Assembly (NCBI GenBank): GCA_020025875.1
Contig: JAHHRI010000003.1
Span: forward strand, 1,103-65,102
DNA: 64,000 nucleotides
Origin: Alphaproteobacteria bacterium
Lineage (GTDB): Bacteria > Pseudomonadota > Alphaproteobacteria > RF32 > CAG-239
Reading direction: 5' to 3'
The notes beneath the pieces were generated by a model that had not been told where the DNA came from, did no database searches, and saw nothing but the letters and a program-made list of their open reading frames with translations. Below are positions 1-9,063 of the stretch, one piece after another. Numbering within the stretch: position 1 is the stretch's first letter; every line of letters starts with the position of its first letter. The translations under genes were made by a program, and so were the position numbers.

Positions 1-764
1 CGTGTATAAGGGTTGGCGGAGTGTTCAAAAATCTGTCGGACAGATCCGTTTTCTACAATTTTGCCGTCTTTCATCACCAAAACCCGATCGGCTATTTTTT
101 TGATAACAGACAAATCGTGACTGATGAATACGATTGCCATATTTAGTTTTTTCTTTAGCTTATTCAACAGGTTAATTATTTGTTCCTGAACCGTTACATC
201 AAGTGCGGTCGTGGGCTCGTCCGCCAGTAAAATATCTGGTCGGTTGGCAATGGCCATGGCAATCATCACTCTTTGTCGTTGTCCGCCGGAAAGCTCAAAC
301 GGATAAGCCTTCATTCTTTTGGCTGCATTTTGGATGCCGGTGAGTTTCAATAGCCGCAAAACTTCCTTTTCTGCTTCTTTTTTATTAAAGCCGCGATGTT
401 GTATCAAACTTTCGGCAATTTGTTTTTCAATCGTATGCAAGGGGTTGAGCGATGACATCGGCTCCTGAAAAATATAGGCAATGCGGTTGCCTCTGATCTT
501 GCGATAGTTTTCATCATCTAATCCGACCAATTCCCGATTTTCAAAACGAATGGAAGTTTGTTTGCCTAATTGTGCCTTGGGATAAGGCAACAAACCGAGT
601 ATGGAAAGCGTGGTCACGGATTTTCCCGAACCAGACTCGCCGACAATACCCAACACTTCTCCTCGCGCAAGAGAAAACGAGATATCGTTGACAACCTGAT
701 GGTAGCCGCTTTCTCCGCGATTAAACCCGACAGACAGATGTTTTACCTCAAGAATGCCGCTCAT
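1..764 (-). CDS. yejF: ABC transporter ATP-binding protein, YejF-like (N-terminal part; gene runs off the window start)
   Basis: Not in the ORF track because it is open at the window edge. Minus-strand translation from ATG at 764 gives MSGILEVKHLSVGFN... It has Walker A GESGSGKS (about 600-660), signature LSGGQRQR and Walker B LLADEPTTALD. Its start overlaps the stop of the upstream permease gene (ATGA at 761-764). Confidence 0.85.
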   Translation of the reverse strand, partial: MSGILEVKHLSVGFNRGESGYHQVVNDISFSLARGEVLGIVGESGSGKSVTTLSILGLLPYPKAQLGKQTSIRFENRELVGLDDENYRKIRGNRIAYIFQEPMSSLNPLHTIEKQIAESLIQHRGFNKKEAEKEVLRLLKLTGIQNAAKRMKAYPFELSGGQRQRVMIAMAIANRPDILLADEPTTALDVTVQEQIINLLNKLKKKLNMAIVFISHDLSVIKKIADRVLVMKDGKIVENGSVRQIFEHSANPYT

Positions 765-1801
765 CGATGGTTTTTCCTTGTATCAAAAGCATCACGCACG
801 CCTTCGCCGATAAATATCAGCAAAGTCAACAAAAGGGACAACACCAAAAAGATCGAAATGCCGATCCATGGGGCTTGCAGATTGTCCTTTCCTTGCCGTA
901 CCAGATCGCCCAAAGAGGGATATTCGTGCGATAGTCCCAGTCCCAAAAAATCAAGCGCCGTCAGTGCGACAACGGCATCTGAAAGAATAAACGGGATAAA
1001 GGTAACGGCAGAAACTAAAGCATTGGGCAAAATATGCCGATAGATAATTCGCAAATTGCCGACGCCAAGCACCCTCGCCGCTTTGACAAACTCAAAATTT
1101 CTGGCTCGCATAAACTCGGCACGCACCATCCCCGTCAGCGCCGTCCAAGAAAAAAACAGCAAGATGGTCAACAACGTCCAAAATGATGGCTGAAAAATGC
1201 TTGAAACAATGATTAAAATAAACAGCTGCGGCAAAGAATCCCAGATTTCTATAAACCGCTGCATCAAAATATCCGGCTTGCCGCCAAAATATCCTTGTAT
1301 TGCACCGGCTGCAATCCCTATCAACGAAGAAAAAAAGGTAAGCAAAAAGGCAAACACCATAGACAAACGCAAACCGTATAAAATGCGCGCCAAAATATCT
1401 CGCCCTTCGTCATCCGTGCCGAGCCAGTGCCGCCGCGACGGAGCGGCAGGCGTCGGTTTGTCCATTTCCATGTCGATGGTATTAAACGAAAAAGGTATCG
1501 GCGGCATAAACAGCCAGCCGTTATTTTCAATGTTTTGGCGCAGATAGGGATCGGCATAATCGGCAGGCGTCGGAAAATCTCCGCCAAAATCAAGATCGGT
1601 ATAAGTTTTTAGCAAAGGAAAATAGAATTCTCCCCGATATTTAACCAGAAGCGGTTTGTCGTTGGCTAAAATGTTGGCCATCATACTGATGGCAAGGATT
1701 GCCAAAAACACAATCAGCGAGATTTTTGCACGCCGATTGCAACAAAACACACGCCATTTGGAAATTGACACCCCTGCCCCGCTTTGATTATTCTGCCGCA
1801 A
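761..1801 (-). CDS. yejE: Opp/Dpp-type ABC permease, YejE-like (microcin C/peptide importer permease)
   Basis: 346 aa. It is collinear along its length with E. coli YejE as I remember it: NRR.., ANDKPLLV.Y.G.FYFPLLK, NNGW, RHWLGTDDEGRDILARILYG, VRAEFMRARNFEFVKAARVLG, LQAPWIGI, GEGVRDAFD. Confidence 0.85.
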   Translation of the reverse strand: MRQNNQSGAGVSISKWRVFCCNRRAKISLIVFLAILAISMMANILANDKPLLVKYRGEFYFPLLKTYTDLDFGGDFPTPADYADPYLRQNIENNGWLFMPPIPFSFNTIDMEMDKPTPAAPSRRHWLGTDDEGRDILARILYGLRLSMVFAFLLTFFSSLIGIAAGAIQGYFGGKPDILMQRFIEIWDSLPQLFILIIVSSIFQPSFWTLLTILLFFSWTALTGMVRAEFMRARNFEFVKAARVLGVGNLRIIYRHILPNALVSAVTFIPFILSDAVVALTALDFLGLGLSHEYPSLGDLVRQGKDNLQAPWIGISIFLVLSLLLTLLIFIGEGVRDAFDTRKNHR

Positions 1802-3851
1802 GAGATCCCTCGCTTATGGTTGCGGCCAGCGGTTCTGTTTTCTGTTCCTCGCCGAGTTGAATTTCCTTATCGGTTACTTTTTGCTGCAAAACTTTTTTTT
1901 CTTCAAGCGGTTGCAAAACCGGAGCCGCGGCAGCAACCGGCGTTTCCGAAGCTTTAAGCGGCAGCAAGGAAGTTGTCAACGGCGAAACAAGCGGAGCATG
2001 ATAGTTGGCTTTGTTCCATTTTTTGTACCACTGATTAAATTCCTGCAAAGATTTCTGAGCAATGTTGTTGGTAAAGCGAACATTTTCAACGGATTGTTTA
2101 ATCGCCTTCTTGGTGCTTTTTGACAATTTTGTCCGCCCAAATTCCGTACATTTCGGACCTTGGTTAAACAGGTTGTTCAAAATTTCCTCCACCGGACAGA
2201 TAGACTTGTTGATGACAAATCTTTTGCTTTCGGACGCTCTGACAGCCAAAGCAACCATCTGCGCGTTGCGGAAGCGATCGGAAAGATTTTGGTTGTCCGT
2301 TCCGACCAGATCGTCCATGCCTGACAACCCTTCAATGATGACCGTTGTTTTTTCGCCGTCGGGCATTTTATCGATTGCCTGCATCATTTTTTCCAACTGT
2401 CCGAACAAGCACATGGTTTGCTTGATATTGGCGTTTCGCTTTTCGAGCAAGCCTTTGTTGTCAACCCACGGCTGATAGTGTTTCGGCAGCCATTCCGCCA
2501 TCGGCTTCAAACGGCACATATCATCATAGACAAACATATCTGCCGGCAAGTCAAGATAAACGAAATATGCGTTGTTGCCTTTGTCTTTCGCCATATCGTC
2601 GAGCATCAAGTCCAAATTTTTGAAAGAATTAAGAACATAAAGCTTTTTGTAACTGGTGCCGATCAACGGTGTTTTTGACGGATTATATAACGGCTTCAGA
2701 TATCCGTATATTTTTCCCATAAAGGCTTCATTGTTAAACCACCCCGTGCTTTCCAGCCACTGCGCAAACAACATCTGCATTTTTTCTGCGGTTGTCAGTT
2801 TGGGCTGATCAATATTTGCCGGAAAGTTGATTTTGCTTATACAGCGATCGACAACATTGGCATTGTTTTGCTTGCACAAATTGATGCCGTGAGATTGATA
2901 AGCGCTGATTTTAAAGCCTTTTTTCTTTAATTGCTCATAAACGTGGTTATCTTTCAAATAAGCTTCAAAATCTTCCCGATTTTTGAATTGCCAATAGCCT
3001 GCTTTCAAAACCTGATTTTGCAGAAAAGAAATTTTTTCGTCAGCCGTATAGTTCAAACTGCGTGCCGCGTTGATAAATCGGTTGCCATTGGTGACATAAG
3101 CATTTGGATATAGGCGAAAATCATTTTTGGCATAAAAAGCAAGCATAATCTGCATCAGCTGTTTTTTATACAATTCGGCGGCTTCGGTATTGTCCAAACT
3201 ATTGATGTAGCTATAGGACGGAGCATTGGCAATCATGATTGTTACCATTTTTTCGCCGCTGTTTTTGCTTTCGGCAACCGCCGTTTTCATATCCGGATCA
3301 GTAACAAACTCGCTTCTTTCCATATTTTGATTAATCAAAACGGCACCAAAGCAAAAAACCGATACCATCACCAAAAGGGCTTTGTATCTTTTGGGCGTAA
3401 GCGCCAAAACGGCAAACACCGACACTCCGGCAGCCACCGCGCCCAAAGTTCCCGAACTGCCAACGGCACCGTCCATGTTAAAATTGGCAAACTGATTGAT
3501 GACGGCATAAGTGCAAAAGCCGGTTGCAAGTCCTGTCAGCAAATATAAGATAATGCTAAGAAACGACAAACAGAAATAAAGCGCAATCACCGCACCGGCA
3601 ACACCTATCAACAGGTAAAGAACTTCCGGCCGCAAGTTGTTGCCGCTAAAGATGGTAAACGGCCCCGAAGAAGCAAAAAGAACCAGATCGATCCCTAAAA
3701 CGGAAATGGTAATCAGGCAGCAGGCAAAAAACATAAACAGATAGTTTAAAAAAGAGCTGTTAGCGTTTTTTTTCTTATTTTTTCGCGTTTTAAGGCGCAC
3801 GTCTTGCATCGGCATTTCTTCGATACGTTTATCCATAATAACATCATCCAT
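1788..3851 (-). CDS. Hypothetical inner-membrane protein: about 5 N-terminal TM helices plus a ~500-aa extracytoplasmic domain
   Basis: 687-aa ORF. The first ~170 aa contain several hydrophobic helices, followed by a large soluble domain and a low-complexity A/P/E/K tail. Its stop overlaps the yejE start by 14 nt. I recognise no catalytic motif. Confidence 0.6.
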   Translation of the reverse strand: MDDVIMDKRIEEMPMQDVRLKTRKNKKKNANSSFLNYLFMFFACCLITISVLGIDLVLFASSGPFTIFSGNNLRPEVLYLLIGVAGAVIALYFCLSFLSIILYLLTGLATGFCTYAVINQFANFNMDGAVGSSGTLGAVAAGVSVFAVLALTPKRYKALLVMVSVFCFGAVLINQNMERSEFVTDPDMKTAVAESKNSGEKMVTIMIANAPSYSYINSLDNTEAAELYKKQLMQIMLAFYAKNDFRLYPNAYVTNGNRFINAARSLNYTADEKISFLQNQVLKAGYWQFKNREDFEAYLKDNHVYEQLKKKGFKISAYQSHGINLCKQNNANVVDRCISKINFPANIDQPKLTTAEKMQMLFAQWLESTGWFNNEAFMGKIYGYLKPLYNPSKTPLIGTSYKKLYVLNSFKNLDLMLDDMAKDKGNNAYFVYLDLPADMFVYDDMCRLKPMAEWLPKHYQPWVDNKGLLEKRNANIKQTMCLFGQLEKMMQAIDKMPDGEKTTVIIEGLSGMDDLVGTDNQNLSDRFRNAQMVALAVRASESKRFVINKSICPVEEILNNLFNQGPKCTEFGRTKLSKSTKKAIKQSVENVRFTNNIAQKSLQEFNQWYKKWNKANYHAPLVSPLTTSLLPLKASETPVAAAAPVLQPLEEKKVLQQKVTDKEIQLGEEQKTEPLAATISEGSLAAE

Positions 3852-3979
3852 CGGTCGCTTCCTTGCACAACATTTTGTTAATATGGAAGTATATAAACAT
3901 ACTCATAACAATATTTAAAGCAAAAAACCCCAAGATTGCACAATCCTGAGGTTTTTCGGCATTTTTTTTGAATATCGAA

Positions 3980-4591
3980 TTATCTGGAGTAAAATTCGAT
4001 AACCAAGTTTGGTTCCATAACCGATGCATAAGGAACATCATCAAACTTCGGAACAAAAGCATATTTAACGCCGAACTTAGAATCGGCTTCCAGATAGGAA
4101 GGAACTTCGTGCAGGTTAGATTCCAGCGCAGCAGTTACCATCGGCATCTCGCGAGATTTTTCTTTAATCGAGATAACATCGCCAACTTTAACCATGTAGG
4201 AAGGAATGTTCACTTTTTTACCGTTAACAAGAATATGTCCGTGGTTGACAAACTGACGAGCAGCAAAAATAGTCGGTACGAACTTAGACTTGTATACCAA
4301 GTTATCCAAACGAGATTCCAGAATGCCGATCAGGTTTTCTGCGGCGTCGCCACGTCTTCTGATTGCTTCAACATAATATTTGTGGAACTGTTTTTCAGAA
4401 ACGTTGCCGTAATAGGTTTTCAATCTCTGCTTTGCCTGCAACTGTACACCGTAGTCGGTCAGTTTTTTCCGGCGGGCACCGTGTTGTCCCGGACCATATT
4501 CACGCTTCAGCAGCGGGCTTTTGGGATCGCCCCACAGGTTGGCATGCAAGCTGCGGTTTGTTTTTTTCTTTGCTTTTACAATACTTTTCAT
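3980..4591 (-). CDS. rpsD: 30S ribosomal protein S4
   Basis: 203 aa. Typical alphaproteobacterial S4: [29 protein letters not shown]4 domain LESRLDN.VY...FV.T...[20 protein letters not shown]. Confidence 0.95.
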   Translation of the reverse strand: MKSIVKAKKKTNRSLHANLWGDPKSPLLKREYGPGQHGARRKKLTDYGVQLQAKQRLKTYYGNVSEKQFHKYYVEAIRRRGDAAENLIGILESRLDNLVYKSKFVPTIFAARQFVNHGHILVNGKKVNIPSYMVKVGDVISIKEKSREMPMVTAALESNLHEVPSYLEADSKFGVKYAFVPKFDDVPYASVMEPNLVIEFYSR

Positions 4592-4734
4592 TAAAGTTTA
4601 TCCTTAAATTTATTTATGTTATTGTCCCGGTAGTCCCAAACAAACATTTGGGCGGGGCAGAAAAAACGGCCCTCTTTTCCGGAAGTGAGTGCAATTTAAT
4701 ATAAAACGAAAGAAAAATCAAGCATTATCTTATG

Positions 4735-4766
4735 CAAAAAGGCTCCGGAAAATCCGAAGCCTTTTT
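4735..4766 (-). terminator. Intrinsic terminator (hairpin GGCTCCGG-AAAA-TCCGAAGCC flanked by A-run and T-run; usable in both directions)
   Basis: Stem-loop at 4741-4761 with T-tracts on both strands, immediately 3' of the minus-strand ORF 4784..5350. Confidence 0.6.
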
Positions 4767-4783
4767 GCTTTTTCGAGCAGCAT

Positions 4784-5350
4784 TTAGAAATAAGATTGAT
4801 CACCGATATAAACCGGCTGGTTGCGCACACTTTCCGGCAGCTGACCGGTAAAAAAATGTGTTACCAACACATGACGTTTCAATATCGGATCGGCCAGCGA
4901 CAAATCCAGCGACGGCAACACAACTTCAAAAGCGACCACCTCTTTTAGGTGACGGCGCACTTCTTCGGGCAGCTGACACAACACTTCCTTAACCGTCGGT
5001 TTGACAATCGTCGGGTAAGAATAGCTGTGATAGGTATCTGCCGAACAAAGATAGCGCAGTCCTTTTGCCTGAAGATTTTTTTGCGGGCAGAAATAGAAAC
5101 TACGACTGTCAACCGGCAGCGGTTCGATAAAAAACAATCCGTCGGTTTCCGGTTCGCCGCAGAATATGGCGTTGAAATGCCCACCGTCAAAACGGCAAAC
5201 AGGTTTGATGTTTCTGGCAAGAAACAACAGTTCTTCGCGGGAAAATTCTTGTTCACGGCAATCCAGATATTCTTTTAGTGCTTTTTTTTGTGCCAATGGC
5301 TGATGATTCAGATCTTTTGTCTGCGCCATCTCGTTGATTTTCTTTTCCAT
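4784..5350 (-). CDS. Hypothetical protein
   Basis: 188-aa ORF with reasonable composition. It is followed by a terminator. I recognise no family. Confidence 0.5.
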   Translation of the reverse strand: MEKKINEMAQTKDLNHQPLAQKKALKEYLDCREQEFSREELLFLARNIKPVCRFDGGHFNAIFCGEPETDGLFFIEPLPVDSRSFYFCPQKNLQAKGLRYLCSADTYHSYSYPTIVKPTVKEVLCQLPEEVRRHLKEVVAFEVVLPSLDLSLADPILKRHVLVTHFFTGQLPESVRNQPVYIGDQSYF

Positions 5351-5431
5351 AAATTCATATTTTAAAGATGAAACAATAAAGATTAATAATTATTAAAACT
5401 TCTTTTAAATATACGGGCGCGACCTATAAAG

Positions 5432-6157
5432 TCAATATTTTTTTATCTCTTGGAGTTCTTTGGGCGTTACAATACCGCCGGAGATGACAAATTTTAAACC
5501 TTCCTCAACCGTCATTTCCAAAAACACCAAATCTTCTTTGGGTACAAAAATCAAAAAACCGGAAGTCGGGTTAGGCGTGGTCGGGATAAAAACATTAACC
5601 ATATTCCGATCAAGAATGCGCTTAACTTCGCCGCCGGTAGCGGTACTGACAAATCCCAAAATCCAGATCCCCTTGCGCGGATATTCGAGCAGCACCACTT
5701 TGCTGAAGGCCTGACTTTTGTTTGAAAGAAAAGTCTCAAAAACTTGTTTCAGTAAAGAATAAATACCGGAAATGACCGGCATTTTTTTGACCATCCAATC
5801 TCCGAGGCGCACAAAAAAGCTGCCGATGAAGCCAGCGGCAAACATACCGATCAAAATCAGCGAAACAATAAGGATAACCACGCCCAACCCCGGAATGGTA
5901 AACGGCAAATCTTCATAATACGATTTTAACTGCGGCGGCAGCAGACGCCCGACACCGTCGTCAATCCAAAAAATAACTTTATAAGCCATGTAAAAGGTGA
6001 TGGAAACCGGTGCGGTAACCAAAATACCCGTAAAGAAATAGGCGCGCAGCTTGGCGCCGAGTTTCATAAACACGCGGTGCTCTTTTTCTTGAAGATGTCT
6101 GATGTTTGCGGCTCTTGCCTTCAGTTCGCTGTTTTTGTGTTTGCGTTTTCTTGACAT
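5432..6157 (-). CDS. DUF502-family (COG2928-like) membrane protein
   Basis: 241 aa with two TM helices. Characteristic motifs: VLLEYPRKGIW.LGFV and IPTTPNPTSGFL.FVPKEDL..L.M.VEEGLKFVISGG. Confidence 0.75.
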   Translation of the reverse strand: MSRKRKHKNSELKARAANIRHLQEKEHRVFMKLGAKLRAYFFTGILVTAPVSITFYMAYKVIFWIDDGVGRLLPPQLKSYYEDLPFTIPGLGVVILIVSLILIGMFAAGFIGSFFVRLGDWMVKKMPVISGIYSLLKQVFETFLSNKSQAFSKVVLLEYPRKGIWILGFVSTATGGEVKRILDRNMVNVFIPTTPNPTSGFLIFVPKEDLVFLEMTVEEGLKFVISGGIVTPKELQEIKKY

Positions 6158-6164
6158 CGGTCAT

Positions 6165-7964
6165 TTATCCTTTCATGGCATCTTCAATAATAAACTGCGC
6201 CTGCGTGCGCCCTTTCCACGTATCTTTTCTCAAAGTTCCCGCCAAGTTGAAAAGCTCCCCCCGATGATTGAGCAGAGCTTTGCCCAGTTCTGAATCGGCA
6301 GCTCTAAAAGCGATTGCCTTGAGGCTGCCACCGGCAAAAGCGCCGAGAATGCAACGCACATGCCCGCTGCCCACAATATCGGAGCGAATGATCCTTACCC
6401 CGCCGAGCATCAGCCGCGGTTCGGGATTGCCGGCGCCGAAGGGTTCCAGCAACGAGAGTTTGTCGGCAAACTCCGGGGTGGCTGCCGCCATGCCGATCAC
6501 CCCGTCAATCTTAAGCGTGGGGACGATTTTTTCTTTCCCCAAGGCCTGCTCCGCATATTCTCCGGCAAAACGCCGAAAAGCCTCAATGTTTTTTTCTTCC
6601 AAAGAAAAACCTGCCGCCATATTGTGTCCACCGCCTTTGGTCAGCAGCCCTTTTTCTTTGGCAGCCATAACCAAAGCACCGATATTGAGCCCCGATACCG
6701 ATCTGGCCGAGCCTTTAACTTCGTCATCTTCAACCGACATCACAAACGCCGGCAGGTTGTAACGCTCTTTGAGCTTTCCTGCCACAATACCGATCACCCC
6801 TTGGTGCCAGTCATTTCCATAAACGAAAGCAATCGGATAAGGTTGCGGCGATCCTTCGAGAAGTTCAATGGCTTGCAGCAAAACATAGGCCTCAATTTCC
6901 TTGCGTCGGTCGTTAAATTCATTGAGATTTTCGGCCAACAACGCTGCTTGCAAATCATCGGTTGCGCACAATAGACGGCAACCGGTGGAAGCCTTGCCGA
7001 CACGCCCGCCGGCATTGATCCGCGGCCCCAGCACAAAGCCCAGATGATAGGCGGACGGCGCCTCTTGCAACATAGCCTTGTCTGCCAGAGCCTTCAGTCC
7101 GCGATTTTGCCGTTTTGCCATCACTTTCAACCCCTGACGAACAAAAGCACGGTTCAGCCCAAGCAGCGGCACCACGTCGCAAACCGTGCCCAGTGCCACC
7201 AGATCAAGCCATTTTGTCAAATCAGGTTCCGGACGGTTTTGGTAAAAGCCGCTTTTTCTCAATTCGCGATTAACCGCCACCACGGTCAGAAAGACAACCC
7301 CGACGGCTGCCAGATATTTCAAATGGGGATATTCGTCACTTTCGTCCAGCCGCTTGGGATTGACCACCGCATATATATCGGGCAAGCGAGTTTCCGCCTC
7401 GTGGTGATCGAGCACAATCACATCCATGCCTTTGTCTTTTGCATATTCCAAAGTTTCAAAAGCCGTGGTGCCGCAATCGGTGGTTATCAGCAGCTTAATC
7501 CCCATATCGGCAAATTTGTCGATGGCCGTTTTGCTTGGCCCGTAGCCCTCCTCTCTTTCGGGAATATGAATGGGGGCTTCGCTGCCGACGGAGAGCAAAA
7601 ACAATTTCAGCAAAGAAGATGAGGTTGCCCCGTCGACATCATAGTCTCCGATAATGGCAATCGGCGTGTTTTCCTTAACGGCGTCGGCCATTCTTAAAGC
7701 TGCTTTTTGCATATCTTTCAGAGAAAAAGGATCGGGCATCAGGTTTTGCATTTTGGGCTGTAAAAAGTTATCGACTTGGTCGTCGGCAAGCCCTCTGGCG
7801 TCCATGACGGCGGCAATGGGCAGCGGCAAGCCATAAAGCATGGCAAGCCGCTCCGCAACATCTTCACGGTAAGCGGCAAATTTCCAAATATTGCCGCCTA
7901 AAGACAGGCTGTTTTCAAAATCAATGTCCAAGGTGTTTTTTTCTCCAATGTCGGTTGTTCCCAA
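6165..7964 (-). CDS. recJ: Single-stranded-DNA-specific exonuclease RecJ
   Basis: 599 aa. DHH motifs (IIGDYDVDGATSS, ITTDCG, VLDHH) and the DHHA1 motif GGGHNMAAG. Apparent TTG start at 7964. The stop lies 7 nt upstream of the DUF502 gene start. Confidence 0.92.
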   Translation of the reverse strand: MGTTDIGEKNTLDIDFENSLSLGGNIWKFAAYREDVAERLAMLYGLPLPIAAVMDARGLADDQVDNFLQPKMQNLMPDPFSLKDMQKAALRMADAVKENTPIAIIGDYDVDGATSSSLLKLFLLSVGSEAPIHIPEREEGYGPSKTAIDKFADMGIKLLITTDCGTTAFETLEYAKDKGMDVIVLDHHEAETRLPDIYAVVNPKRLDESDEYPHLKYLAAVGVVFLTVVAVNRELRKSGFYQNRPEPDLTKWLDLVALGTVCDVVPLLGLNRAFVRQGLKVMAKRQNRGLKALADKAMLQEAPSAYHLGFVLGPRINAGGRVGKASTGCRLLCATDDLQAALLAENLNEFNDRRKEIEAYVLLQAIELLEGSPQPYPIAFVYGNDWHQGVIGIVAGKLKERYNLPAFVMSVEDDEVKGSARSVSGLNIGALVMAAKEKGLLTKGGGHNMAAGFSLEEKNIEAFRRFAGEYAEQALGKEKIVPTLKIDGVIGMAAATPEFADKLSLLEPFGAGNPEPRLMLGGVRIIRSDIVGSGHVRCILGAFAGGSLKAIAFRAADSELGKALLNHRGELFNLAGTLRKDTWKGRTQAQFIIEDAMKG

Positions 7965-8116
7965 AATCCGACAATTTAAACTATAACTTTTTTAACTTAA
8001 GAATGGCGAGAACTCAAGGACAAAAGTGGGAAAATAAAAAACTTTTTAAAAATCAGTTTGTCTTTTTAAAAATATTGGTATACTATTTTGGATAGCTGAA
8101 AACGGAGGAACAAACA

Positions 8117-8851
8117 ATGTCAAAAATATTAAAACTTTTTATGATGCTTCTGCTCGTGGCCGCCTGTTCCGAAAAGGATAATCGGGAAGAACTGACCATT
8201 ACCGATTCCGAGGGTAACAAAACCGTTTACAAAGTAGAACTGGCACAGTCGAAAGAACAACTAGTTACCGGTCTGATGAACAGAACCGCGCTTGATGCCG
8301 ATGCCGGCATGATCTTTGATCTGTCCGGTTTCAACAATGTGCCTACGGCCATGTGGATGAAAGACACCAAAATTGCGCTTGATATGTTGTTTATAGACCA
8401 AGACGGGATGATCTACTGGATCTTTGAAAATGCCGAACCGGATTCCGTGAAAATGATTGTTGCTCCCTACCCCGCCGCCGCCGTGCTGGAAGTTAATGCC
8501 GGTGATGCCAAGGCTAAAGGAATTAAAATCGGCGATATGGTAGAGTATAAACTGTTCTCTGCCCCCAAAGCCGCTGCGGAAGTTGAGACGGTATCCGAAA
8601 AAGCAACCGCGGGCGACATCAAAGAACAGCCTCAGGTTGAAGCGGTAGCCGAAGAAAACAAGCCGGAACCGGAAATGACCGACAAAATTGAGGTAGAACC
8701 GGCTCCGGCAGAAACGCCGATTGTCAAAGAAGAAGCCACTGAAGAAATGGCAGTAAAAGAAGAAGTTAAAGAAGAAACTGCTGCCGCCGAAAAAGCAGAA
8801 CCGGTTAAAGAAGAAGCTCCGGCTCAAGAAGAAGTGGCAGCCGAAAAATAA
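8117..8851 (+). CDS. DUF192-domain lipoprotein with a long acidic E/K/A/P-rich C-terminal tail
   Basis: 244 aa. Lipobox LLVAAC. The DUF192 core reads GLMNR..L....GMIFD......MWMKDT.IALDMLFIDQDG.I ... LEVNAG. The last ~95 aa are low-complexity (EEVKEE, AEKAEPVKEEAP). Confidence 0.7.
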   Translation: MSKILKLFMMLLLVAACSEKDNREELTITDSEGNKTVYKVELAQSKEQLVTGLMNRTALDADAGMIFDLSGFNNVPTAMWMKDTKIALDMLFIDQDGMIYWIFENAEPDSVKMIVAPYPAAAVLEVNAGDAKAKGIKIGDMVEYKLFSAPKAAAEVETVSEKATAGDIKEQPQVEAVAEENKPEPEMTDKIEVEPAPAETPIVKEEATEEMAVKEEVKEETAAAEKAEPVKEEAPAQEEVAAEK

Positions 8852-8872
8852 ATAACAACTGTCTGTTATCGC

Positions 8873-8912
8873 AAACAATCCCCGAAAAATGTTTTTTCGG
8901 GGATTGTTTTGT
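8873..8912 (+). terminator. Intrinsic terminator after the DUF192 gene
   Basis: Long perfect hairpin AAACAATCCCCGAAAAA / TTTTTCGGGGATTGTTT followed by a T-run. Confidence 0.8.
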
Positions 8913-9063
8913 ATCTACCGACATTAACCGCCTTTAGTCTGTTTGTGTAAGAAAGCTTTGTAAACTAAAACGGCAATATGCCGAGAGATGTCATCGGGCT
9001 TGTCAAATAGCGCCTGATCATCAAAAACGTTTACAGCTGTGTGAACGTTTGAGCGAAACAAAA

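Noticed and set aside
3968-4594. 208-aa + strand ORF antisense to rpsD, and similar long antisense ORFs inside mfd (10216..11079), rpoD (16554..17195), dnaG (17761..18819), eptA (46721..47410), anmK (48326..48949) and the CckA-like gene (44343..44795)
   Set aside because: These are shadow ORFs opposite strongly recognisable conserved genes. Their compositions are R/F/H/Q-rich and implausible, and no family motifs are present.
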